Positions 38,546-50,900 of a stretch of DNA of 64,000 nucleotides are shown here, piece by piece. The position numbers were made by a program, and so were the translations under genes. This DNA comes from Heterodontus francisci. Its lineage: Eukaryota. Positions within the stretch are counted from its first letter, which is position 1; the number at the start of each line of letters is the position of its first letter. The stretch spans positions 49,632,430-49,696,429 of the forward strand of contig NC_090399.1 in the NCBI RefSeq assembly GCF_036365525.1, given 5' to 3'. The notes beneath the pieces are model-generated. The model was not told where the DNA came from. It saw only the letters and a program-made list of their open reading frames with translations, and ran no database searches.

Positions 38546-38944
38546 ATATTGCAGTGTCACGAGAAATGCAGAGATGAGAATACAGAACCAAACTGAAGAG
38601 CTATTAAAAAAAATTGGAAAAATTTTAAAGACATTTGTACATATGCTGTCAACAAAACGGAGGACAAAACACAAGACCCTCAGCATCTCTTATCCTCAAA
38701 TCCACTTCCATGTCTACTAAGACTGAAAACCACTTAAGCCCCGTCTGCATGGAAATGCGACAGGTATTTACACCTGGATGTGAGCTATACTCAAACACAA
38801 TGAGACAAGACCTTTCTCAGACATCTCATCTCCGAATAACCTCCAGAATAAGGAGCAGGGGTCTGTTCTGGAGGGTAGTGACATGAACCCCAGTTAAGAT
38901 TTGGAACTTCAAGAGAATATGGGAGGTGAATAGACGAAAATAAA

Positions 38945-38964
38945 TTATTCATGGACATCAGCAA
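38945..38964 (-). CDS. MHC-I probable last (cytoplasmic) exon, encoding VADVHE*
   Basis: Strong acceptor ctgcttcattttcag|TT GCT GAT GTC CAT GAA TAA, in phase with a GC donor at 39397. Confidence 0.55.
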
Positions 38965-41900
38965 CTGAAAATGAAGCAGTCGATCAGCAATCAGGAATCT
39001 GCCAGTCTCTGTAAATCTCCACCAGTCTCTGCTGATCTCCACCAGTCTCTGCCCCCAGTCTCTGCTGATCTCCACCAGTCTCTGCTGATCTCCACCAGTC
39101 TCTGCCCCCAGTCTCTGCTGATCTCCACCAGTCTCTGCCAGTCTCTGCTGATCTCCACCAGTCTCTGCTGATCTCCACCAATCTCTGCTGATCTCCACCA
39201 GTCTCTGCCAGTCTCTGCTGATCTCCACCAGTCTTTGCAAGTTGTCTAAAATCTCTGGCAGTCTCCACCAGTCTCTGCCGGTCTCCGACAGTCTTTGCCT
39301 GTCGCCGACGGTCTTTGCCAGTCTCTGCTAATCTCCGCCAGTCTCTGACAGTCTCAGCCAGTCTCTGACAGTCTTTGTCAGTCTCCGAAGATCTTGCCGT
39401 TTTGCCTCTTCCTCCAGAAGCCAATTCCAGTGATGATGCCAAGAAGAGTGAGTGAGAGGGCTGCAGCTCCAATCAGAATTCCGAACCACACCTCACCTTG
39501 TCTCGCTCGCTCTGCTGACACAAATGGTTTACATTAAATTGATAGTGATAAATAATAATTTCCGAATGATTTCATTCTGTATTTTATTAAGCTGAAAACT
39601 AGTACTCTAAATGTCCGATAGTAGAGAAAGAATAGAGAAATTTAAATATGAACAGTATTTCCTGAATTCAGGGTTAGTTTGGGATTGATACAGAGCTACT
39701 GAGATACAATGAGGCAATGGGATTAGATTAGGATGGATACATGGGTACAGGTAAAGTGCGGGGCAGTGGGATTAGTTTGGATTTGATACAACACTTTGGA
39801 AAGATTGGGGCAGTGGGATTAGGTTAGGATGGATATCGGGCAATGGAGAGAGAGCGGGGCAGTGGGATTAGTTTGGGATTGATACAGGGCTATGGGGAGA
39901 GAGTGGGGCAGTGGGATTAGTTGGGGATTCATACAGGGCTATGGGGAGAGAGCGGGGCAGTGGGATTAGTTTAGGATTGATACAGGGCTATGGGGAGAGA
40001 GTGGGGCAGTGGGATTAATTTGGGATTGATACAAGGCTATGGGGAGAGAGCAGTGCAGTGGGATTAATTTGGGATTGATACAGGGCTATGGGGAGACAGC
40101 GGGGCAGTGGGATTAGTTTGGGATTGATACAAGGCTATGGGGAGAGAGCAGTGCAGTGGGATTCATTTGGGATTGATACAGGGCTATGGGGAGACAGCGG
40201 GGCAGTGGGATTAGTCTGAGATTGATACATGGCTATGGGGAGAGAGCAGTGCAGCGGGATTAGTTTGGGATTGATACAGGGCTATGGGGAGACAGAGGTC
40301 CAGCGGGATTAGTTTGGGATTGATACAGGGCTATGGGGAGAGAGTGGTGCAGCGGGATTAGTTTGGGATTGATACAGGGCTATGGGGAGACAGAGGTGCA
40401 GCGGGATTAGTTTGGAATTGATACAGGGCTATGGGGAGAGAGTGGTGCAGCGGGATTAGTTTGGGATTGATACAGGGCTGTGGGGAGAGCGGTGCAGTTG
40501 AATTAGTTTGGAATTGATACAGGGCTATGGGGAGACAGAGGTGCAGCGGGATTAGTTTGGAATTGATACAGGGCTATGGGGAGAGCGGTGCAGCGGGATT
40601 AGTTTGGAATTGATACAGGGCTATGGGGAGAGAGTGGTGCAGCGGGATTAGTTTGGGATTGATATAGGGCTATGGGGAGACAGAGGTGCAGCGGGATTAG
40701 TTTGGGATTGATACAGGGCTATGGGGAGAGCGGTGCAGCGGGATTAGTTTGGAATTGATACAGGGCTATGGGGAGAGAGTGGTGCAGCGGGATTAGTTTG
40801 GGATTGATACAGGGCTATGGGGAGACAGAGGTGCAGCGGGATTAGTTTGGGATTGATACAGGGCTATGGGGAGAGTGGTGCAGCGGGATTAGTTTGGAAT
40901 TGATACAGGGCTATGGGGAGAGAGTGGTGCAGCGGGATTAGTTTGGGATTGATACAGGGCTGTGGGGAGAGCGGTGCAGTTGAATTAGTTTGGAATTGAT
41001 ACAGGGCTATGGGGAGACAGAGGTGCAGCGGGATTAGTTTGGGATTGATACAGGGCTGTGGGGAGAGAGCGGGGCAGTGGGATTAGTTTGGGATTGATAC
41101 AGGGCTATGGGGAGAGAGTGGTGCAGCGGGATTAGTTTGGGATTGATACAGGGCTGTGGGGAGAGCGGTTCAGTTGAATTAGTTTGGAATTGATACAGGG
41201 CTATGGGGAGACAGAGGTGCAGCGGGATTAGTTTGGAATTGATACAGGACTATGGGGAGAGAGTGGTGCAGCGGGATTAGTTTGGGATTGATACAGGGCT
41301 ATGGGGAGAGAGTGGTGCAGCGGGATTAGTTTGGGATTGATACAGGGCTGTGGGGAGAGCGGTGCAGTTGAATTAGTTTGGAATTGATACAGGGCTGTGG
41401 GGAGAGAGTGGTGCAGCGGGATTAGTTTGGGATTGATACAGGGCTGTGGGGAGAGAGTGGTGCAGCGGGATTAGTTTGGGATTGATACAGGGCTATGGGG
41501 AGAGAGTGGTGCAGCGGGATTAGTTTGGGATTGATACAGGGCTGTGGGGAGAGCGGTGCAGTTGAATTAGTTTGGAATTGATACAGGACTATGGGAAGAG
41601 AGCGGTGCAGCGGGATTAGTTTGGAATTGATACAGGGCTGTGGGGAGAGCGGTGCAGTTGAATTAGTTTGGAATTGATACAGGACTATGGGAAGAGAGCG
41701 GTGCAGCGGGATTAGTTTGGAATTGATACAGGACTATGGGGAGAGAGTGGTGCAGCGGGATTAGTTTGGGATTGATACAGGACTATGGGGAGAGAGTGGT
41801 GCAGCGGGATTAGTTTGGGATTGATACAGGGCTGTGGGGAGAGCGGTGCAGTTGAATTAGTTTGGAATTGATACAGGACTATGGGAAGAGAGCGGTGCAG

Positions 41901-44900
41901 CGGGATTAGTTTGGGATTGATACAGGGCTATGGGGAGAGAGTGGTGCAGCGGGATTAGTTTGGGATTGATACAGGGCTGTGGGGAGAGCGGTGCAGTTGA
42001 ATTAGTTTGGAATTGATACAGGACTATGGGAAGAGAGCGGTGCAGCGGGATTAGTTTGGGATTGATACAGGGCTATGGGGAGAGAGTGGTGCAGCGGGAT
42101 TAGTTTGGGATTGATACAGGGCTGTGGGGAGAGCGGTGCAGTTGAATTAGTTTGGAATTGATACAGGACTATGGGAAGAGAGCGGTGCAGCGGGATTAGT
42201 TTGGGATTGATACAGGGCTATGGGGAGACAGAGGTGCAGCGGGATTAGTTTGGGATTGATACAGGGCTATGGGGAGAGAGTGGTGCAGCGGGATTAGTTT
42301 GGGATTGATACAGGGCTATGGGGAGAGAGTGGTGCAGCGGGATTAGTTTGGGATTGATACAGGGCTATGGGGAGAGAGTGGTGCAGCGGGATTAGTTTGG
42401 GATTGATACAGGGCTATGGGGAGAGAGTGGTGCAGCGGGATTAGTTTGGGATTGATACAGGGCTATGGGGAGAGAATGGGGCAGCGGGATTAATTTGGGA
42501 TTGATACAGGCTATGGGGATACAGCGGGGCAGTGGGATTAGTTTGGGATTGATACAGGGCTATGGGGAGAGCGGTGCAGTTGAATTAGTTTGGGATTGAT
42601 ACAGGGCTATGGGGAGACAGAGGTGCAGCGGGATTAGTTTGGGATTGATACAGGGCTATGGGGAGACAGAGGTGCAGCGGGATTAGTTTGGGATTGATAC
42701 AGGGCTGTGGGGAGAGCGGTGCAGTTGAATTAGTTTGGAATTGATACAGGACTATGGGGAGAGAGTGGTGCAGCGGGATTAGTTTGGAATTGATACAGGA
42801 CTATGGGGAGAGAGTGGTGCAGCGGGATTAGTTTGGGATTGATACAGGGCTGTGGGGAGAGCGGTGCAGTTGAATTAGTTTGGAATTGATACAGGACTAT
42901 GGGAAGAGAGCGGTGCAGCGGGATTAGTTTGGGATTGATACAGGGCTATGGGGAGAGAGTGGTGCAGCGGGATTAGTTTGGGATTGATACAGGGCTATGG
43001 GGAGACAGAGGTGCAGCGGGATTAGTTTGGGATTGATACAGGGCTATGGGGAGAGAGTGGTGCAGCGGGATTAGTTTGGGATTGATACAGGGCTGTGGGG
43101 AGAGCGGTGCAGTTGAATTAGTTTGGAATTGATACAGGACTATGGGAAGAGAGCGGTGCAGCGGGATTAGTTTGGGATTGATACAGGGCTATGGGGAGAC
43201 AGAGGTGCAGCGGGATTAGTTTGGGATTGATACAGGACTATGGGGAGAGAGTGGTGCAGCGGGATTAGTTTGGGATTGATACAGGGCTGTGGGGAGAGCG
43301 GTGCAGTTGAATTAGTTTGGAATTGATACAGGACTATGGGAAGAGAGCGGTGCAGCGGGATTAGTTTGGGATTGATACAGGGCTATGGGGAGAGAGTGGT
43401 GCAGCGGGATTAGTTTGGGATTGATACAGGGCTATGGGGAGAGAGTGGTGCAGCGGGATTAGTTTGGGATTGATACAGGGCTGTGGGGAGAGCGGTGCAG
43501 TTGAATTAGTTTGGAATTGATACAGGACTATGGGAAGAGAGCGGTGCAGCGGGATTAGTTTGGGATTGATACAGGGCTATGGGGAGAGAGTGGTGCAGCG
43601 GGATTAGTTTGGGATTGATACAGGGCTGTGGGGAGAGCGGTGCAGTTGAATTAGTTTGGAATTGATACAGGACTATGGGAAGAGAGCGGTGCAGCGGGAT
43701 TAGTTTGGGATTGATACAGGGCTATGGGGAGACAGAGGTGCAGCGGGATTAGTTTGGGATTGATACAGGGCTATGGGGAGAGAGTGGTGCAGCGGGATTA
43801 GTTTGGGATTGATACAGGGCTATGGGGAGAGAGTGGTGCAGCGGGATTAGTTTGGGATTGATACAGGGCTATGGGGAGAGAGTGGTGCAGCGGGATTAGT
43901 TTGGGATTGATACAGGGCTATGGGGAGAGAGTGGTGCAGCGGGATTAGTTTGGGATTGATACAGGGCTATGGGGAGAGAATGGGGCAGCGGGATTAATTT
44001 GGGATTGATACAGGCTATGGGGATACAGCGGGGCAGTGGGATTAGTTTGGGATTGATACAGGGCTATGGGGAGAGCGGTGCAGTTGAATTAGTTTGGGAT
44101 TGATACAGGGCTATGGGGAGACAGAGGTGCAGCGGGATTAGTTTGGGATTGATACAGGGCTATGGGGAGACAGAGGTGCAGCGGGATTAGTTTGGGATTG
44201 ATACAGGGCTATGGGGAGAGCGGTGCAGTTGAATTAGTTTGGGATTGATACAGGGCTATGGGGAGACAGCGGGCCAAATGGCCTCCTTCTGTGGAGTAAA
44301 TGCCATCTTTTTAACATGCCTATTGTGCCTGCTCTATGTAATAACAGGACAAGCTCTCCAGTTCAAATCCTCCCACTCAGCACAGCCCAGAGTTAAAGCT
44401 GTAACTCTGTATTCTGTGTCTCTTAGTTCCACATTGGGCAGTCCATTTACTAATTGTGCTACTGGGACGATTCAAGGGTTTAATCCTCAGTGTAACAAAG
44501 TGAAACATTTACAAGGAAGCTAGGAATGGAAAAAAGAGGAATGATTATATTTAGCAGCACTCTTCGTGACCGTGGACAACCCAAAGCACTTTACAGTCAA
44601 TGAAGCACTTTTGAAGAGTCACCACTCTTGTCATGTATAACAGTGGCAGCCATTTTTGCATACAGCAAGATCCCACAACAGCAATATGATGTTAATTTAA
44701 TGATGTTGGTTGAGGGGTAACTTTTGGCAGGACACCGGGGAAAGCTTCCCTGCTCTTCTTTGAATAGTGCTGTGGGATCTTTTCCATCCATGTGTTCATT
44801 TCACCAACTTCCTGCAATTCTCACCTCCCTGGTAAACCTGGCTTTAGCTGGATGAACTGCACCAGTGTCCCTGAACGTACCTGAGGCTCCCCAAGCCTTA

Positions 44901-47900
44901 GCTCTGAGAACCACAGTTCTGGTCTCCATACAATAAAAAGGGTACAGCGGCGCTGGAAAGGTGCAAAAGAAATTTTGCTCAAATGATACCAGAACCGGGA
45001 GGTTTACCAATCAGAAAAGATTGACTTGACTGGGGTCTTTTCTGTATCAGGGTGACCTGATAGAGTCTGTAAAATTTTTCAGGGTTTTGAAAGAAGAGAT
45101 GTAGAGAAATACCTCCACTTCTGGGGGACAGAGGGGTGGGAGTCCAAAACTCAAGACAATGAATATAAAATAACTCATCACTCATGAATCCAACAAGGAG
45201 TTCAGGAGAAACATTTTTACCCGGAGAGTGATTAAAATGTGGAACTCGCTACCACAAGGAGTAGTTGAGGCAAAAAACATAGATACATGTAAGGGGAAGA
45301 TAGATAAACAGTTGAGGGAGAAGGGAATAGATGGGTAGGCTGATAGAGTTGGGAGGAGGCCTGTGTGGAACATGAACACCATTTCTACCAATTGGGCTGA
45401 ATGGCCCCTTTCAGTTCTGTGCATTCTGTGTAATTCCGTATATCAAGGGAGAGTGAAGAGTCCATATTAGGCAAACAGAAACTGAACCCGTGTGGATTTA
45501 TCCACGACTTAATTTGGAGACTCTGAAACACCAAGTTGCCCACAGGTGTCGGTTATCTGATTGGCCAAAGATAATCAAAAAGCACTGGGTCCCTGTTGTA
45601 ACATGGCTCACAGTGGATGGCCGCCTACCAGTGTCTTACTCAAGTGACGTAAACCACAAGGTTATTTGATAGGAGAGCAGGTCATCATCACCAGCAAGTG
45701 TCTGATTCCTACTGAATGGTGAGAAGCAAGAACCAGGTACAAGGTTACTGTCTAACCCGGAGCTCACAAAGTAGGAAACTAGGAATACAGGAATTGCTGG
45801 ATGAAAAAAGACCAAATCCCATCGAGTTCACCTCGTACCACCCCGGCAGTTACATTCTAGAGGGATTTATTGACTAGTCAGCAAAATAAATATCCATCAA
45901 TTCGGCTGCAAGTTAGAGGTCAGAAGATTGTGGGTTCGAGTCCCACTCCAGGGACTGAAGCACAAAATCTAGGCTGACACTGTGATGCAATACCGAGGGA
46001 GTGCTGCACTGTCAGAGGGGCAGTATTGAGGGAGTGCTGCACTGTCAGAGGGTCAGTACTGAGCGAGTGCTGCACTGTCAGAGGGTCAGTACTGAGGGAG
46101 TGCGGCACTGTCGGAGGGTCAGTACTGAGGGAGTGCGGCACTGTCGGAGGGTCAGTACTGAGGGAGTGCGGCACTGTCAGAGGGTCAATACAGAGGGAGT
46201 GCTGCATTGTCGGAGGGGCAGTACGGAGGGAGTGCCGTGCTATGCCAGGTGCCAACCTGAGGATGTGATGTTAAGCTGAGGCCTGTCTGCACTCTGCCGA
46301 GAACAAAAATTATTCCATCGCACTATTTCTAAAAACAACAGGAGAGTTCTTCAGTCCCTGGTCAATATTTCTCCCTAAATCGACATGACAGAAACAATTT
46401 ATCTGATCATTATCACATTGCTGTTTGTGGGAGTTTGCTGTGTGCAAATTAGCTGCTGTGGTTCTGACATTGCAACAGTGACTACACTTTAAAAGTACTT
46501 CACTGGCTGGAATGTGATCTGCGACGTCCTGAGATTGTGAAAGGCGCTATATAAATGCAATGGTTTATATCTGCCTTTCTTTAACAGAGGCAGACATGAC
46601 GTGAGAAAACCCCAGTGTTGAAGAGCTTTGGGAATAAGAAGTTTAAAGTCACTCCTTCCTCCAGAACATGCTGCACCCATCGCATGTCCGGCCGAAAATT
46701 ACTTCGACATTGTATCCCAAAAATATTATTTTCTGAATGAAAACTATCCAATCTTCATTTGATTAAATGAACATTGAATAATTTCCCCATCTCCCTGGGG
46801 AGCCTGTTCCATAGATTGATCACTCACTCACTGAAATATTGTTCCTACAGAATTCTTTTAAATTTATCCCCGCACCTATGCCCACTTCAGGAGAAACAGC
46901 TGGACCTGGTCTACATTGTAGTAGCCAAGAACATAAGAAACAGGAGTACATCGTACAGCCTCTCAAGCCTGTGTCGCAATTCAATAAGGTTTTTTTTTAT
47001 TTTGTTCTTGGGATGTGTGCATCACCGGCTAGGACAGCATTTATTGCCCATCCCTAATTGCCATTGAACTGAGTGGCTTGCTAGGCCATTTCAGAGGGCA
47101 GTTAAGACTCAACCACATTGCTGTGGGTCTGGAGTCACATGTAGGCCAGACCAGGTAAGGGCAGCAGATTTCCTCCCCTGAGGAAATTCGTGAACCAGAT
47201 GGGTTTTTACAACAATCCAGTAGCTTCAAAGTCATTATTAATAAGACTAGTATTTCATTCCATATTAATCAATTAATTACATTTAAATTCCCCCCGCTAC
47301 GATGGGATTTGAACGTGTTTCTCTGGAGCATTTGTCTAGACCTCTGGATTACGTCTGGTGATATTACCAGTACGCTACCATCTATTAACAATTGCTGAAT
47401 TTCTACATTTACTCCACTTTCCTGCCCAATTCCCAGATTCAATGTGACTCAGGGTGTTTTGCAGGGATCTGTGTTGGGGCCTCGATTGTTCGCTGTATTT
47501 ATTAACAACTTCGAGGAAGGAATAAAAATCCCTATATCCAAATTTGCTGAAGACATAAACATATTTGTGAGCAGTGTGGATGGAAGCTGAACATTTCAAA
47601 GAGTTATCAATAGATTAAGTGAATGGGCAGAACTGTGGCAAATGTGAGGTCATCCACTTAGGACCTAACAAAGACATAGCTGGTTATTTTCTAAATGGTG
47701 AAAAGCTAGAAACAGTGGAGGCCCAAAGAGACTTGTGGGTTCAGATACATAGATCATTAAAGTGTCATGAACAGGTAGAGAAAATAATCAAAAAAGGTGA
47801 ATGGAATGCTGATCTTTATTTCAAGAGGACTAGAATACAAGGGGGTAGAAGTCATGCTTTAGTTATGCAAAGCCCTGGTTAGACCATACCTGGAATATCA

Positions 47901-50900
47901 TGAGTTGTTCTGGGCACCGCACCTTAGGGAGAATATATTGACCTTGGAGGGGGTGCACTGCTGATTTATCTTCCATACACAAAGCATGGTAGAAGTTTAG
48001 AACTCTCTGCTGCTAAAGACAATTGATGCTAGATTAATTGTTAATTTAAAACTGAGATTGATGGATTTTTGTTAACTGAAGTAATAAGGGATACGAGACG
48101 AAGGTGGTTATCTGGAGTTAGATCACAGTTAGTCACAATCTCATTGAATGGTCATACGGGCTCAAGGGGGCTAAATGGCTTATTCCTGTTCCTAAGTTCC
48201 TCTGCGGACAAGGACACCCAAATCACTCTGAATATCGACATTTACTAGTCTCGCACCTTTTAAGAAAATAATCTTAGTGTGTCTGACCATGACAGATAAA
48301 ACCAGCTCAGTGGTCCCCAGGGCTTTTTGCTCCACTTAGACGGACTGAATTACCACCCTGAGACATGGGGAAGAATCCTGCAGCCCTCTCGACTTGTCAC
48401 TTACCCCAGGGTACGTCGAGCCCCTGCAGGAAGCTGGCGTGATCGACATGACAGCAGTATCTCTCCCCATTGTCCCCGCTCAGCTCAACCGATTTCATCA
48501 CCCGATACGTCTCATCCTGGTTGGGCAGTATGCCACTGGATTCAGCGTCAGGGATCACCTCGCCATTCCTCAGCCACTCCACATCGATAGTCCATGGGTA
48601 AAAGCCCGTCACAAGGCAGGAGAGCCTCAGCACCCGCTCCCCCTCACTCCTATTCCCGATGAACACCTCAGGGGCGGCTGAGAGAGTTAAACAAGAACTA
48701 AAATCACTGGCAAGTTCCGATGAACGGTCATCGACCTGCACCGTTAACTCAGTTTCTCTCTCCACAGATACTGCTGAGTATTTCCAACCTTTTCTCTTTT
48801 TATTTCAGATTTCCAGGATTTTTGCTTTTGTGTTAGTGACAAATTCCCCTTTCATTCCATTATCTTTTCCCCACCCACCACCAACTTTCTCCGCTGAAGG
48901 CAGACGACTGTACTGAGATACCACACAAGGAAAGAGAAGCTGAGGGTTGACCCAATGCAGATCTGTAGAATTATGAACGGGTTCAATAGGATAGATGTAG
49001 AGAAGTTGGTTCCATTTGTTGGGGGAGAACAAAACTAGAGGCTATAAATGTGGGCAGTTACTAATAAATCCAATAGTGACTTCAGGAGAAACATCATAAC
49101 CCAGAGAGTGGTGAGAATGTGGAACTCGCCACTATGTGGAGTGGTTGAGGTGAATAGAATAGATACATTTACAGAGAAGCTAGATAAACATTTGAGCGAG
49201 AAAGGAATAGAAGGATATGCTGGTAGGGTGAGATGAAGTCTGGTGGGAGGAGGCTCTTGAAGAGCATATATGCCAGCATAGACCAGTTGGGCCGAATGGC
49301 CCCTTTCTGTGCTGTATATTCTATGTAATTCGATGCAAAGTTGAGCTCTTGTACGGCACACAGGTACCCAATGTTCAAGGGTGATCTTACACCCAGAAAG
49401 CTTTTCAAGCAAGGGTAGGGGTGGTGGTATTGCAGCATAGGCCAATTTTATCTTGACCCAATTTCAACATGCACACACTTTCCAGCTAAGGTGACTGTGT
49501 CAGTCAGTGAATTTAGGTCACGTGTCTGAATTTCTACCCACCCCACTCACCACCAAAGCATTGGGTACTGAGTCAAGTTGCAGCACCAATTTACTGCTGC
49601 CCTGTCCAAGAACAGCAGGCTCAGGACAGACCCGGGAATAAAACCTGGTCTAGGCCACACTTCCCACCCGAGCCATCGGGAGCACTCCCGTCAGTCCTCG
49701 TTCCCATGACGTACCTTTCCTCTGCAGAGCTCTTCGCCCACACTCAAGATATATCAGCAGCCATTTCACACAGTCCTTTTCCAACAGAGCCTTGAAGTAC
49801 TTGTTCATGAAGCTGTTCCCATTCCACCGGTCAGCTAACGCCTGGAACTCTGGATTTAGTGCGATCCAACTCGTTCTGTCCTTATCGAAAACATACGCAT
49901 CCTTCCCGCCAAATCCCAGCTTTAGAAACCCATCCGTGGAATTATCACCATGTATTTCACAGCCACACAGTCCCTGCACAAAGCAAATACCTGGGGAAAG
50001 TATTAATACTCAACTCAATTCATAACGTGGAACGGTTTCTATCAGGTACATACAACAAGTTGCATCTGTACAGCAATTTAGCATTGTAAAACATTTCAAG
50101 GCATTTCACAGGAGCATCATCGAACAGAAAGCCGAGAAGAGTACAGGAAGTATAGGGCTGCAATTAAAAAGGACATTTGGAAAGCAAAGAGAGAGCATGA
50201 AAAAATATTGGCAAATAAAAATCAAGGAAAACCCAAAGATTTTTTATCAATACATATAGAGCAAGGGAATAACTAAGGAAAGAGTGGGGCCATTTAGGGA
50301 CCAAAAAATAACCTCAGTATGGGGGAGCAAGATATGGGCATGGTTCTTAATGAATGCTTTACATCTGTTTTCAGAAAAGAGAGGGATGAAGCAAATGAAG
50401 GAGGAGGAGTGTGAAATATTGGAATGGATAAACATAATGAGGAAGACAATATTAAGGTGTTTACCACTTTTGAAAGTGGTTAAATTGCCAGGCCAGATGA
50501 AATGTATCCCAGGCTGCTAAGGAAAGCAAGACAAGAAACAGCGGAGGCTCTGACCATCATTTTCCAATCCTCTCTAACTACAGGTGTGCTGCTAGAGGAC
50601 TGGAGGACTGCTAATGTTGCACCATTGTTATAAAATGGAGGAAGGCATAGCCTGAATAATTACAGACCAGTCAGTCTAATCTCGATGGTAAGCAAATCAT
50701 TGGAAAAATTCCTGAGAGACAGCCTAAATCAGCATTTAAGAAAGCACAGATTAATCAAGGACAGTTGGCATGGATTTGTTAAGGAAAGGCCGTGTCGAAC
50801 TGATTTGATTGAATTTTTTGAGGAGGTAACAAGGAGGGTCAATAACGTTTGCTGTAGTTTACATGAAGAGCTGGAACCTGTCATAGCCGCTAAGCGCATT

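Noticed and set aside
38791-39472. 149-162 aa repetitive ORFs (AETGGDQQRL)
   Set aside because: Minisatellite translations, out of frame with the MHC-I TM exon.
39665-44275. CRISPR array, telomeric repeat or Ig switch region
   Set aside because: There are no unique spacers. GGGATT is TTAGGG reversed, not its complement. The 49 bp G-rich unit recalls switch repeats, but no Ig gene is present, the G-rich strand is the MHC-I template strand, and a CR1 origin explains it.
44820-44905. Possible extra MHC-I exon (AG/GT pairs on the minus strand)
   Set aside because: Weak polypyrimidine tracts, no domain similarity, and alpha3 splices in phase to the TM exon without it.
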